From: Diplonema japonicum
Lineage: Eukaryota; Protista; Euglenozoa: Diplonemea
Direction of reading: 5' to 3'
NCBI GenBank assembly: GCA_964019335.1
Contig: OZ025758.1
Coordinates: 145,183 to 209,182, forward strand
Length of the DNA stretch: 64,000 nt
Under the pieces are notes generated by a model. The model did not search any database. It was not told where the DNA came from and saw only the letters and a program-made list of their open reading frames with translations. A program made the translations under genes and the position numbers. This document shows positions 9,001-15,861 of the stretch, piece after piece. Within the stretch, counting starts at the first letter, position 1. Each line of letters opens with the position of its first letter.

Positions 9001-11233
9001 GCTGCTGCCACGCGCACTTCGTGTTCCCCGCGCACGAACCCTGCGAGGTCAGCGCCCCGCACTCCGTCGGCAGGCAGATCGACGGGCTCGACGTCACGTC
9101 CCAGTGGCACGCCCTGTCTTGGTCGCACCGCAGCTCTCCCAAATGCTTCTGGCACCGGCCCTCCTCGCACTTCGACAGCGGGTCGTTCCACACGCAGAAC
9201 GGGTCGTTCTCGCACTGCTGCATCGTCACGTGCTGGCACTTCTCCTGCGTGCAGTAGTCGACGAGTGTTGAAGGAGGCCCCGCCGGAGCCGGCGTCGTCA
9301 GCGGCACCCACTTGCACCCGGACTCCTGCAAGCACGTCCCCTCCTTCGTGTGCAGGCAAGCCTTCGGGTTGCACGCGGGCGCCCGCATCACGTCGAACTC
9401 GCACACGTTCAGGAAGCAGTAGTCCGGGTTCCCGGCGGGAGGGCTGCACGGCGCGGGCATCTCCACCGCCACCGCCACGCACGCCTGCTCGTTCGTGTGC
9501 GTCCTGCAAGGGTTCTCCACGCAGGTCGACGGGGTCGCCCACATCACGTTCCACAAACACTTCGAGTCGCTCCTGCAGGACGACGCGTCCGTGTGGCCCG
9601 CGCACCCGGCAGGCTCCCTCCTGCAGTCCGACCCGTCCCACGCGCAACCGGCGCGGGCCAAACACGTCGTCTGCGTGCACAGCACGTAGCACTCCGACAC
9701 CTGACACAGCGGCGTCTTCGAGGTGTCCCAGAAGCAGGCGCTGTCCGCCATGCACGACCCCTCGTCGCCGTTCCCGGAGCACAGGGGCTTGCTCGACGGG
9801 TCGAGGCACCGTCCGGACTCCCACGCGCACTTCGGCGAGGCGGCGAGGCACCTGCACTTCTCCGTCACGTCGCTGCACACAAGCGTCTGGCACTTCTTGT
9901 CCCCGGCGATCTGGGAGTTCCAGTGGCACGGTCCGCCCGTCGTCCTGTCGGCGTTGCAGTCCTGCTCCTCCACGTGCGTCACCGCGCAGTAGTTGTCCAC
10001 GCACTCCGCGGGGCGCTTCCTCGTGTCCCAGTCGCATCCCAGGTCCGCCTCGCAGGTCGGCTCCGTCGGGTACGAGTGGCACCCCCAGTCCACGCACACC
10101 CCGTCCTTCTGAGAGATGTCCCACTTGCACGAGCCGATCGGGAGCTGCGCCTCGCACGCCCCCTGGTTCGTCGCCCCGCCGCACCCGGAGGTCAAGACCT
10201 GCGACCCGTACACGTCGTCCTTGTTCACGCACAGGTCGCCGACACCCCCCCACTCGCACACGTACCCTTCGATGTTCGTGTGGGCGTTCGGGTAGTCGTT
10301 CCACTCGCCGTTCCCGTAGTAGTGTCCGTAGTCCTCACCGGTCGTGTCGCACGTCCCGGGGCAGGTCTTCGAGTACTCGTTCGGCTCTCCGGACTCCCAG
10401 TTCGTGAAGGCTCCCGCTGCAGGTTGGAAGCCCGCGCCCTTCCCGGTCCCGATCAGGGTCCCCTGCCCGCAGTCTGGTCCGGAGCACGGCGTCTTCGTCG
10501 CGGGGAGCGGGTACCCCAGGTCGCAGGCCGAACGCTGGGCCCCCGTCGCCGCCACGTTGTAAGGCGGGCACCCCTCGGGACCCGTCAGCCAGCGCCACTC
10601 CCCCTCCTGCGCCAGATCCCCGCTTCCGATCCACCCCTCGCCGTGCAGCTTCGCCGAGGCCACATCCTGCTCGTCCTGCGAAGTGATGGTGATGAGGTAC
10701 CCCACGAGCCCCAGCACATCCTTCGAGGTGTCCGCGCACTCCGCCTGCGCCTCGTCCCAGTGGCAGTTCCCTGCTGTGTTGCAGTTCACGCTGTTCTTCG
10801 GGTAGTACTCGTAGAAGTTTCCGGTGTGTGTGGAGTACATGGCGTGCCCGAAGTTGTAGGTCAAGCGGCGGGAGGTTCCAGCTCCCGACGTCGACTTGAA
10901 GGTCACAGACGAGATCGCCTGCGCGTACTCGTCGATCGTCGCATCCCCTGACATCTGCAGGATCCCCGTTGTCCTGTCGAAGGTGGGGGTGATCCCGAGC
11001 CCCGCACACGCTCCACAGGTCAGCGTGTCCGCCGCAGGGTCGAACCCATCCTCCACGTCCACCACGGACCCGCTGATCTTCGTCCCACAGCTGCACGCAC
11101 CAGACGTGAAGGTGATGTCCGCACACTTCACGTCAGGGAACGGCGTCATGGGCACTCCCTGGTTGTACGCTGCCCCGAAGCACGAGGCTGCTAGCGACAG
11201 CAGCACCGCAGGGCGGTGCAATGCATGCGCCAT
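1..11233 (-). CDS. Giant secreted/surface protein (>=3744 aa, 3'-partial): signal peptide, C-type lectin module, Cys-rich repeats, five vWA domains, EGF-like repeats
   Basis: ATG at 11233 (MAHALHRPAVLLSLAASCFG...). The frame was open wherever I translated it (5' end, ~9.25-9.35 kb, 3' edge) and runs off the window, so it is absent from the ORF track. Lectin motifs GYLITITS..EQ and GWIGSGD..QEGEWRW lie at ~10230-10860. Five MIDAS motifs (LDGSGSM x4, FDGSSSM) lie at ~8830, 6830, 4910, 3270 and 1650, with downstream TDG/ADG motifs. DEC..C..Q.C.DP..DW.C.C repeats lie at 1-950. Confidence 0.9.
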   Translation of the reverse strand, partial: MAHALHRPAVLLSLAASCFGAAYNQGVPMTPFPDVKCADITFTSGACSCGTKISGSVVDVEDGFDPAADTLTCGACAGLGITPTFDRTTGILQMSGDATIDEYAQAISSVTFKSTSGAGTSRRLTYNFGHAMYSTHTGNFYEYYPKNSVNCNTAGNCHWDEAQAECADTSKDVLGLVGYLITITSQDEQDVASAKLHGEGWIGSGDLAQEGEWRWLTGPEGCPPYNVAATGAQRSACDLGYPLPATKTPCSGPDCGQGTLIGTGKGAGFQPAAGAFTNWESGEPNEYSKTCPGTCDTTGEDYGHYYGNGEWNDYPNAHTNIEGYVCEWGGVGDLCVNKDDVYGSQVLTSGCGGATNQGACEAQLPIGSCKWDISQKDGVCVDWGCHSYPTEPTCEADLGCDWDTRKRPAECVDNYCAVTHVEEQDCNADRTTGGPCHWNSQIAGDKKCQTLVCSDVTEKCRCLAASPKCAWESGRCLDPSSKPLCSGNGDEGSCMADSACFWDTSKTPLCQVSECYVLCTQTTCLARAGCAWDGSDCRREPAGCAGHTDASSCRSDSKCLWNVMWATPSTCVENPCRTHTNEQACVAVAVEMPAPCSPPAGNPDYCFLNVCEFDVMRAPACNPKACLHTKEGTCLQESGCKWVPLTTPAPAGPPSTLVDYCTQEKCQHVTMQQCENDPFCVWNDPLSKCEEGRCQKHLGELRCDQDRACHWDVTSSPSICLPTECGALTSQGSCAGNTKCAWQQPDVCVLTGCDKHSGKKCDCVQDPACTWVVDKTGANGHCSKTTFSTCPDLDVAFVLDGSGSMSRSFGNHPHGFYGLMETLRDWVRTLPLTGEDHTVGASSSAKGGGFRLTFIQFSKAEAKPSEDHPTNCAVGQCTDGLLSGDINELMGDIDWHEANYQSQWTYIHDALMDVADHTFLPSQSPPHRKHVVIIIADGGLTDYDGDACSAGTSCGQCPRGCDSRWKPSYPRILDDAQQKLRDEDVVVFGIIMRRFSYHTFQDDNAEAKLKPLVSTPRDDHFMNLMLDEIPGEVLEPFCDPTSKFGKVLVSPVTATHFQCATWGFKDECNADPVCEWQTPRLSSCSSGTGCPKLNCQGIPQQYKGMYDCEKCKLQRATIICGSSVKSAIRGTCSETHCAKCCDKSCCDADPTCNWKTPDNVCVRKVCEYTDQQACVNDPDLLCKWDGTKCDPKPCGAIFVREKCLKAPNADCQWDTAVDPPVCKPVATCTATTDAAACKSDPNCAWDCENSVCRDTRCPYPTPGSCAVSSDCEWTGVMCVEKKCTVARTQADCKACDSCSWNAASSVCSQDRCQPLNQPDCGRQTGLCHWDATKNECVPDYCPQYGDDEVKCDHDPRCHWSSGTTPASCQPTVCTTKHNTKYPGLGPNPTTMGTIDQGACTSDPECRPGSDNKGPYCYPARCSDHTNNCDCAADKKCYWDPSVTPPAPKCKDVQTSSCPDLDVAFVLDGSGSMNARFGSHPNGYYGMLEMLRDWMRTLPLTGEDNTVGVNSKVTGGTFRLAFVQFSIENEYWVCRNGADGCDGRKYRKQCPMPRLSGGRTCSNGQLTGDLSELENDLDWHETNHMSSLTYMAAALEDAVDIFHGSPSHRAHVLVIITDGQMNPLEPQKSTEIPPIRRKLDAEGVVTFGVVVRKGRQHTQADIEAEETLKPITSDDHDDHFVNVPLDDMLDEVFNDFCNPAGRFGAAIAQQVQIQNNGGGGGSTTTNPPAQSGAVPCSKWGVKLECRSDQACDWKTPAPSSCPGNNGCRNLNCLELPSAQRAAGMSCSNCLLSGGAVSCSFGTNNPVGSGYCGATKCEEHCSQGPCEQDTANDCFWDVDRCQRKVCQYPDKNRCESDPDSMCMWDTSKVPATCVPKTCLHFSQGTCNADKSCQWDPASQTCKDKTPDCGTIYDKLDCLNHVSGSCDWDCDADKCVKKVCGETSQGACQGSPAGCSWDAGSGACQKTRCTTAFTENACISDEACVWSGSSCAESKCYKHATEPTCDRDTDCHWDPTGCAGCKEKYCFKTFKDSGSCNADPKGQCTWDTANNKCVNKLCDTYNNPAMGPNRMCDCQADPRCVVDRSNPSNPVCRDQTFTQCPDLDVVVAFDGSSSMKKRFGTHPNGFDGLMEALRDWVTALPLTGERAGVPSTDRNGKVRVAFNQWDKGVRLAECPSCACVPAPGTTGDGIPTNSVMNRQGMNRPADNCGKLTGDRGQLHADIDWHESVGRRSQTLVKEAEEFAGEVFKESPSYRKKILLIFTDGRIQDKGSLGPAGAVLRAEGVQTFGIVLSRGNPTNKDQQNLEILKEIVTPPEDSHALMMQIDEAHQVLDDFCNPNSVFGALITSGSSTNGGGGGGSGSAVHSPACNTIQRTADCEARKTCEWSGLAAACTDHPCFRHCSETDCVADTTNKCKFNSGTLQCEKSACTDNTNAPDCRNSGCTWDPSKNPPCYDGPCQATDRMTCNNLGPQCTWDASIRPTAMCVKTPCFYPSKAPCAADANCEWDEVCADPSDQKCVPKRCSQPGHQTQAGCVADSWCVWTSSLTCELGLCAKYPTEKCCDHNDACHWSVTTFPPVCTEKYCPRTYPSQGTKTQCDADSKCMWDSGKLLCVEEDCSKLAKCPCRAHPDCYWDAQHNKCTDQKFGGCPTMDVVMLLDGSGSMDAWFGNHPHGFYGLIEILRDWVRTLPLTGEPAGTNTGPGPASGGLRLGFVQFSGQNPWRRRRGRSEAIQTPGGVGTGGHLSGDLREINRDLDWHERNYMGEGTMIEKGLVMVGDMFDASHQHAVRPRVLIIFTDGKIYDPNKLAPARRVLDQEDVQTFGIVLRKQQQHTKADWDAEATLKPITSDPHDDHFQNLMLDEVPGSVLGDICDPNGKWGHLVAALAKKTGGGGGTQTQGGKHQPCRNYNDPHTCSVDPGCEWHPAGFECKDSPCMAHCDKTSCVKDLTNLCTWNGQECWKDTKCAYTDRTSCLSSPDLCTWDKTGKCVSPPCTPNKNQADCNADQNGCSWVPNPNGGGNSICVVSPCSSAFQSTCLADPNCKWDYPLCGSTTNLQCMQKGCDTIGSRSTCTADVHCVWDPALSSCKDRQCAQFRTERCCDKDPLCKWDPAASPALCAVKKCPAIKTQKKCDTQSDCMWDATANPAHCTDLDCSKFPNMCPCNQHSKCYWKPGAGTTGAGGCVTIQFGECPTLDIVLVLDGSGSMAARFGNHPHGFDALMEMMRDWIRTLPLNGEPATVGINSKQGNGGVRVGMVQFSGRNRRRSEARKTPWGKGTAGRLSGVLPELEDDIDWHEDNYMGEGTMIEMGLSMAADIFHESPVDGRQRVLFIFTDGKIYDPNSLSGARAELDREGVQTFGIVVRKAVQHTKADWDAEATLKPITSDPHDDHFKNVMIDEVPDLMRGICDPNGPWGHLIVKNPPQPSSGYHLPCPDYKTQGTCKKDPGCSWSDVGAVCLNSPCLMHCSDSACRADPNNKCTWVNGSICTNAPDPKCDCEFNTGDPVYDEQMCRSDPKCQWDAASGACQHDQCAPGNVGALTCGAKNQKCVDPNPAPCKDDWHCDCVPPAVRVGGGSPGKFAAQCELDECVVQTCPTCARTTCSDANQDCNDPNPTTTSLNDWTCTCRDPYKGMAVANAAVCQLDECVVQTCPTCAKTTCSDKGQTCHDPDTTTLSDWTCTCPPPSTQSMLTAAVPSCDVDECKLHKSTCENADQTCLDPNPAKLGDWMCKCKPPTNGSATAQVAWCQLDECVV

Positions 11234-11368
11234 CTTCTCACACGAGTTTTTGCTTTTTGTTTGAACTCCCTTATATCCGGGTGTTCAGTAGTAGTAGCTT
11301 TTGTTGTCTCTCGATGGATATATAGTTTTTTGTGTGTATGGGGGGGGGGGGGGGGGGAGAACCTTTGG

Positions 11369-11636
11369 TGTGTTTGAGTTGTATTGGATAAGCACGTGGG
11401 GAATAAAAAAAAAGCAGAAAAAAGAAAGAAGTGTAGGGATGAAATGAAATGGTTTCAAAAGAGCTTTGGTGTAAAATGAAACAAAATGTTTGAATCTCAT
11501 TTGACATTGGGAGTCAGAGAGAGTGCATGTTGTTTCAATTTTATCAATCGGGGGAAGGGGGTGAGGAGGGCGACCGCAAAGGACAGCACTTGTTCAAAAA
11601 AAAAAAAAAGATAAAAATGAACGAGTGTCATAAAAT
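11369..11636. repeat. ~270-bp direct repeat, copy 1 (flanks ankyrin gene)
   Basis: Near-identical to 14268-14547, from tgtgtttgagttgtattggataagcacgtg to gataaaaatgaacgagtgtcataaaat, with a few indels. Confidence 0.95.
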
Positions 11637-11832
11637 TTACGTGACGAGCAATACTGATGTGGTGATTCTATGCGATGCAAGTAGGGAAAGGTGGCACACA
11701 CAAGGAAATGAAATGAAAACTATTCTTTTAAGGTATGCGTTTTTGCGCTCACTGGCCGCGCTGTGAAAAGAAACAGGTGGCTGAAATGTTGTAAGTGGGA
11801 ACAAACAGAAGAGACGACAACACACTCGCTCT

Positions 11833-14211
11833 TCACTGCCTTTCATCGTGGTCTTCGTACTTCCTTTTCACACCCCTCCTTTCGGGAGAAGCCACCTTGC
11901 GCCTTGCCAGAAGAAGCGCCCGAATGGACTCAATGTTACTCCCCTCAGCCGCGTAGAACAGTGGGGTGAACCCCTCCCCGTCCCTCACACAAGGGTCCTG
12001 CTCGTAGGAATCCAGTAGCAGCTGCATCGCCTCAGTACAGTTTCCAGCAGCCATGTGCAAAGGAGTAAGCCCCCCATTGTCCCGCACACAAGGGTCCTGC
12101 TTGTATTCATCGATGAGGAACTTCACCACCTTCACGCTCTTACTTGCTGCATAGTGCAACGGTGTCTCGCCATAGTTGTTCATCATGCCAGCATCCAGTT
12201 TGCACTCATCGAGCAGGTACATCATCACCTCCATGCACCCCTCACTTGCTGCTACGTGCATGGTGGCTCTTCCGATGTCTGATTCGATGTAAGGGTCAAG
12301 CTTGCACTCTTTGACAAAGAACTTCACCACATCAACTTTGTTCTCCATTGCCGCCCTGTGCAAGGGTGTCATGCCTGTCCCATCCTTCATCCCAGGGTCA
12401 AGTTTGCAGACTTCAGTGAGATACCTGACCACCTCCAGCTGTCCACCCTCTGCTGCGATGTCCATGGGTGCTATGCCGCCAGTGTTCCTTGAGCCAGGGT
12501 TTTGCTTGTGAACTTCGACAAGGTGCCTCACTGCCTCCAGCTGACCATCTCGTGCTGCATACATAATCGGTGTGAATACCTTGTCCTCGACAGTCAGCTC
12601 CTGTTTGTAAACATTGACGAGACAGTCCATTGCTGCTAGCTCGCCTGTTTGCGCAGCAAAGTGGAGAGGTGTGGTGCCCTTCTGGTCCCTTGCCCCAGGG
12701 TCCAACTTGTACTCGTCGATGAGAAACCTCATTGCCTCCACGTGACCATTAATTGCTGCCACATGAAGGTAGGAGGTTCTTTCATCATCCACAAGGCTTG
12801 GGTCAAGCTTGCACTCTTCGATGAAATACCTCATCACATCAACATGGTTCTTCATTACCGCCAAGTACAAGCCTCTCCTGTTCTTCATCCCACCAGGGTC
12901 AACCTTGCAGACTTCAGTGAGATACCTGACCACATGCAAGTGGTTGTGACACGCAGCAAGGTCTATGGGTGCCATGCCTCTATTGTTTCTTAAATTGGGA
13001 TCTGCCTTTAAGTCACTCACGAGCCACTCCAGTGATTGAAGACTCCCCTCTACCGCTGCGTAGTGGACGAGAGTTGCACCGCAGGGATCCACAATTGTAG
13101 GGTCTTGCTTGCACTCTTCGATGAAATACCTCATCACATCAACGTTGTTCCTCATTGCCGCCCTGTGCAAGGGTGTCGTGCCTGTCCCATCCTTCATCCC
13201 AGGGTCAACCTTGCAGACTTCAGTGAGATACCTGACCACATGCAAGTGGTTGTGACACGCAGCAAGGTCTATGGGTGCCATGCCTCTATTGTTTGGCAAA
13301 TAAGGATCCAACTTAAAGTCACTCACGAGCCACTCCAATGATTGAAGCCTTCCCGCTTCCGCTGCGTAGTGGACGAGAGTTGCACCGCAGGGTTCCACAA
13401 ATGTAGGGTCTTGCTTGCACTCCTCAATGAGGTACTTCATCGCCTCGAACTGACCTTTTGTGAGAAGGACTGCAACAAGGCCATCGGCAGTCGGGGTCGC
13501 AGGGTCTATCTTGCACACCTCAATGAGGTACCTCAAGGCCTCCACGTGACCACCCAGTGCCGCCCTGTGAATGTGAGCATAGCCCTCATCGTCCTCACCG
13601 CTCGGGTCAAGCTTGCACTCTTCGATGAAATACCTCACCACATCAACTTTGTTCTCCATTGCCGCCCTGTGCAAGGGTGTCATGCCTGTCCCATCCTTCA
13701 TCCCAGGGTCAAGTTTGCAGACTTCGCTGAGATACCTGACCACCTCCAGCTGTCCCCCCTCTGCTGCGATGTCCATGGGTGCGAAGCCTCTTGTGGTCCT
13801 TGAGCCAGGGTTTTGCTTGTGAACTTCGACAAGGTGCCTCACTGCCTCCAGCTGACCATCTCGTGCTGCATACATAATCGGTGTGAATACCTTGTCCTCG
13901 ACAGTCAGCTCCTGCTTGTAAACATTGACGAGACAGTCTATTGCCGCAAGCTTGCCTGTTTGCGCAGCAAAGTGGAGAGGTGTGGTGCCATTCGTGTCCC
14001 TTGCCCCAGGGTCCAGCTTGTACTCGTCGATGAGGAGCCTCATGGCGGCGACCTGACCGTGCCTTGCTGCAGTGTGCAAAGCTGTCACGCCACGCGGACC
14101 AGTCACACTTCTGTGCACCCCGTACTTCTGGATGATTGCCTTCATGTGTTGCAGGTCGCCTCTCGCAGCAGCTGACTTCACCTCGCCAAACACTTCATTG
14201 TCCTCAACCAT
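11833..14211 (-). CDS. Ankyrin-repeat protein (792 aa, ~22 repeats, internal block duplications); probable retrogene
   Basis: Repeated G.TPLH.AA..G..E.V.YL motifs; intronless; basic C-terminal RRGVKRK (possible NLS). Confidence 0.95.
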   Translation of the reverse strand: MVEDNEVFGEVKSAAARGDLQHMKAIIQKYGVHRSVTGPRGVTALHTAARHGQVAAMRLLIDEYKLDPGARDTNGTTPLHFAAQTGKLAAIDCLVNVYKQELTVEDKVFTPIMYAARDGQLEAVRHLVEVHKQNPGSRTTRGFAPMDIAAEGGQLEVVRYLSEVCKLDPGMKDGTGMTPLHRAAMENKVDVVRYFIEECKLDPSGEDDEGYAHIHRAALGGHVEALRYLIEVCKIDPATPTADGLVAVLLTKGQFEAMKYLIEECKQDPTFVEPCGATLVHYAAEAGRLQSLEWLVSDFKLDPYLPNNRGMAPIDLAACHNHLHVVRYLTEVCKVDPGMKDGTGTTPLHRAAMRNNVDVMRYFIEECKQDPTIVDPCGATLVHYAAVEGSLQSLEWLVSDLKADPNLRNNRGMAPIDLAACHNHLHVVRYLTEVCKVDPGGMKNRRGLYLAVMKNHVDVMRYFIEECKLDPSLVDDERTSYLHVAAINGHVEAMRFLIDEYKLDPGARDQKGTTPLHFAAQTGELAAMDCLVNVYKQELTVEDKVFTPIMYAARDGQLEAVRHLVEVHKQNPGSRNTGGIAPMDIAAEGGQLEVVRYLTEVCKLDPGMKDGTGMTPLHRAAMENKVDVVKFFVKECKLDPYIESDIGRATMHVAASEGCMEVMMYLLDECKLDAGMMNNYGETPLHYAASKSVKVVKFLIDEYKQDPCVRDNGGLTPLHMAAGNCTEAMQLLLDSYEQDPCVRDGEGFTPLFYAAEGSNIESIRALLLARRKVASPERRGVKRKYEDHDERQ

Positions 14212-14225
14212 GTTATTTCTTTTGT

Positions 14226-14246
14226 CAATAAAGCACAGAATTCTGT
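14226..14246 (-). other. Relic spliced-leader 3' end upstream of ankyrin ATG
   Basis: Minus strand ACAGAATTCTGTGCTTTATTG versus SL ACAGTTTCTGTACTTTATTG: the last 15 nt match 14/15. It ends 14 nt before the ATG. Confidence 0.8.
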
Positions 14247-14267
14247 TAAAAAGGGAGTCTTTTAGGT

Positions 14268-14547
14268 TGTGTTTGAGTTGTATTGGATAAGCACGTGAGT
14301 AGGAAAAAAGAAAGAAGTGTAGAGATGAAATGAAATGGTTTCAAAAGAGCTTTGGTGTAAAATGAAACAAAATGTTTGAATCTCATTGACATTGGGAGTC
14401 AGAGAGAGTGCATGTTGTTTCAATTTTATCAATCAGGGGAAGGGGGGGGGGGGGGGTGAGGAAGGAAGTGTCCTGACAACAATTCTGCGACCGCAAAGGA
14501 CAGCACTTGTTCAAAAAAAAGATAAAAATGAACGAGTGTCATAAAAT
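14268..14547. repeat. ~270-bp direct repeat, copy 2
   Basis: Matches 11369-11636. Confidence 0.95.
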
Positions 14548-14799
14548 ATATTCAAGAAAAAAAGAGAAAAAGAGAGGGAGAAAAGAGAAGAATGAAAGAA
14601 AAGATATCAAAACAAACGTCGCGGCAGCTGTAGGTGGGAAGAAAAGAATGTGTTATAAAAAAAACCCCCCCCACAAAACCCTCTGGTGTGTCACAGCATT
14701 CAGGGATGGAATCCTGAGCAAAGACTGACGGCTTGCTTTGGTTTTTTTTTTCTTTCTTTCTTTCTTTCTTTCTTTTTTTTTTTTTTTTAAACCCCCTTT

Positions 14800-15861
14800 T
14801 CAGCCAATCTTCTCACCGCCCCAGTAGTTAGCCTCGGGCTTCAAGCACTGTGCGTACCACCTGCTCTGCTTGTAGCACCCAGCTCCGGGGGTGCAACAGC
14901 TCGGTGTCTTCAAACAGTTTCCCCACAGGGGGACAACGAAGGAACAACTGCCAGGGGACGGGGGAGGGGTGGCAGGAGGAGGAGGCGGTGTGGAAGGGAC
15001 CGGTGTGGGGACAGGGGTAGGGGGCGAGGGTGTCGGGACGGGCGAGGGTGTGGGAACAGGTGTGGGGAGGGGCGTCGGAGGGGCTGTCGGAGGGGTGGGT
15101 GTCAAGTTCGCTGGGGTGCAGTGCGCAAACCACCTGTTCACCTGGTGGCACTTGGCTCCAGGTGCACAGCAGTGTGTTTCGGTGGTGCATGTTGCCCAGA
15201 GAGGGATCACACGAGAGCATGAGGCAGGAGGGGGGACAGGGACAGGGACAGGTGGAACAGGGACAGGTGGGCTGTTACCACCACCACCACCACTACCACT
15301 ACCAAAGTCCAAGTCGATGGCGTTGTAGAAGGTGTTGGCAGTGTCACCCACATCCCAGACAGCGAGGACGACGTGGTAGCCCGCCTTGGAGGGGAGGGTG
15401 CAGGAGTGCGTCGTCAGGATCTGCGGGTTCATCATGTTCCCCATCACGGAGCAGAAGGGGGTCCCTTCGAAGCTGCTCCTCGCAAGCGGTGCCTCCTGGT
15501 CCCATCCGTCCCTCGTGATGTAGTACCGCCAGTCCAGAGTCGCGTGGTTCGCCTGGAACCACCAAGTGAAGTCTGTCCTCCCAGCTGACGCTGCTGTCTT
15601 CGCCCACCTCGTCGAAGACTGCTCGTTCAGAGGGGTCCACCGGGAGCTCCCCGCTGCAGCCAGCGTCCCGTCAGGAGGCCCGCTCACAGGGTACCTGTCC
15701 GGACCCTCCACGCTCTGGGGCTCGTACTGCACCGCACCGCAGTTCTGGTTCTCCCCCCCGGTCCTGCACATGTAGTTCCTCGATGGAGGGACCTTCACGT
15801 ACCCGTGGCCCTCCACACCTGACGCTGCAAGCAGCACGGGGAGCGCAAGGCGTTGTAACAT
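14800..15861 (-). CDS. Secreted AA10 lytic polysaccharide monooxygenase (GbpA/CBP21-like) with Pro/Thr linkers and two CBM1-like modules
   Basis: Signal peptide followed by His1 (HGYV); YEPQSVEG; second brace His in WWFQANH; WDVGDTANTFYNAID. Two C-terminal modules, PLW..C...CC.PG..C.....W(F/Y)A.C. Confidence 0.92.
   Translation of the reverse strand: MLQRLALPVLLAASGVEGHGYVKVPPSRNYMCRTGGENQNCGAVQYEPQSVEGPDRYPVSGPPDGTLAAAGSSRWTPLNEQSSTRWAKTAASAGRTDFTWWFQANHATLDWRYYITRDGWDQEAPLARSSFEGTPFCSVMGNMMNPQILTTHSCTLPSKAGYHVVLAVWDVGDTANTFYNAIDLDFGSGSGGGGGNSPPVPVPPVPVPVPPPASCSRVIPLWATCTTETHCCAPGAKCHQVNRWFAHCTPANLTPTPPTAPPTPLPTPVPTPSPVPTPSPPTPVPTPVPSTPPPPPATPPPSPGSCSFVVPLWGNCLKTPSCCTPGAGCYKQSRWYAQCLKPEANYWGGEKIG

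Noticed and set aside
66-10951. Very long plus-strand ORFs (1093, 1670 and 533 aa) and alternative minus frames
   Set aside because: Antisense or shifted shadows of the GC3-rich giant gene; no domain motifs.
11285-11305. Possible SL relic (AAAAGCTAC) upstream of the giant gene
   Set aside because: Only 9 nt match and the conserved 3' end is absent.
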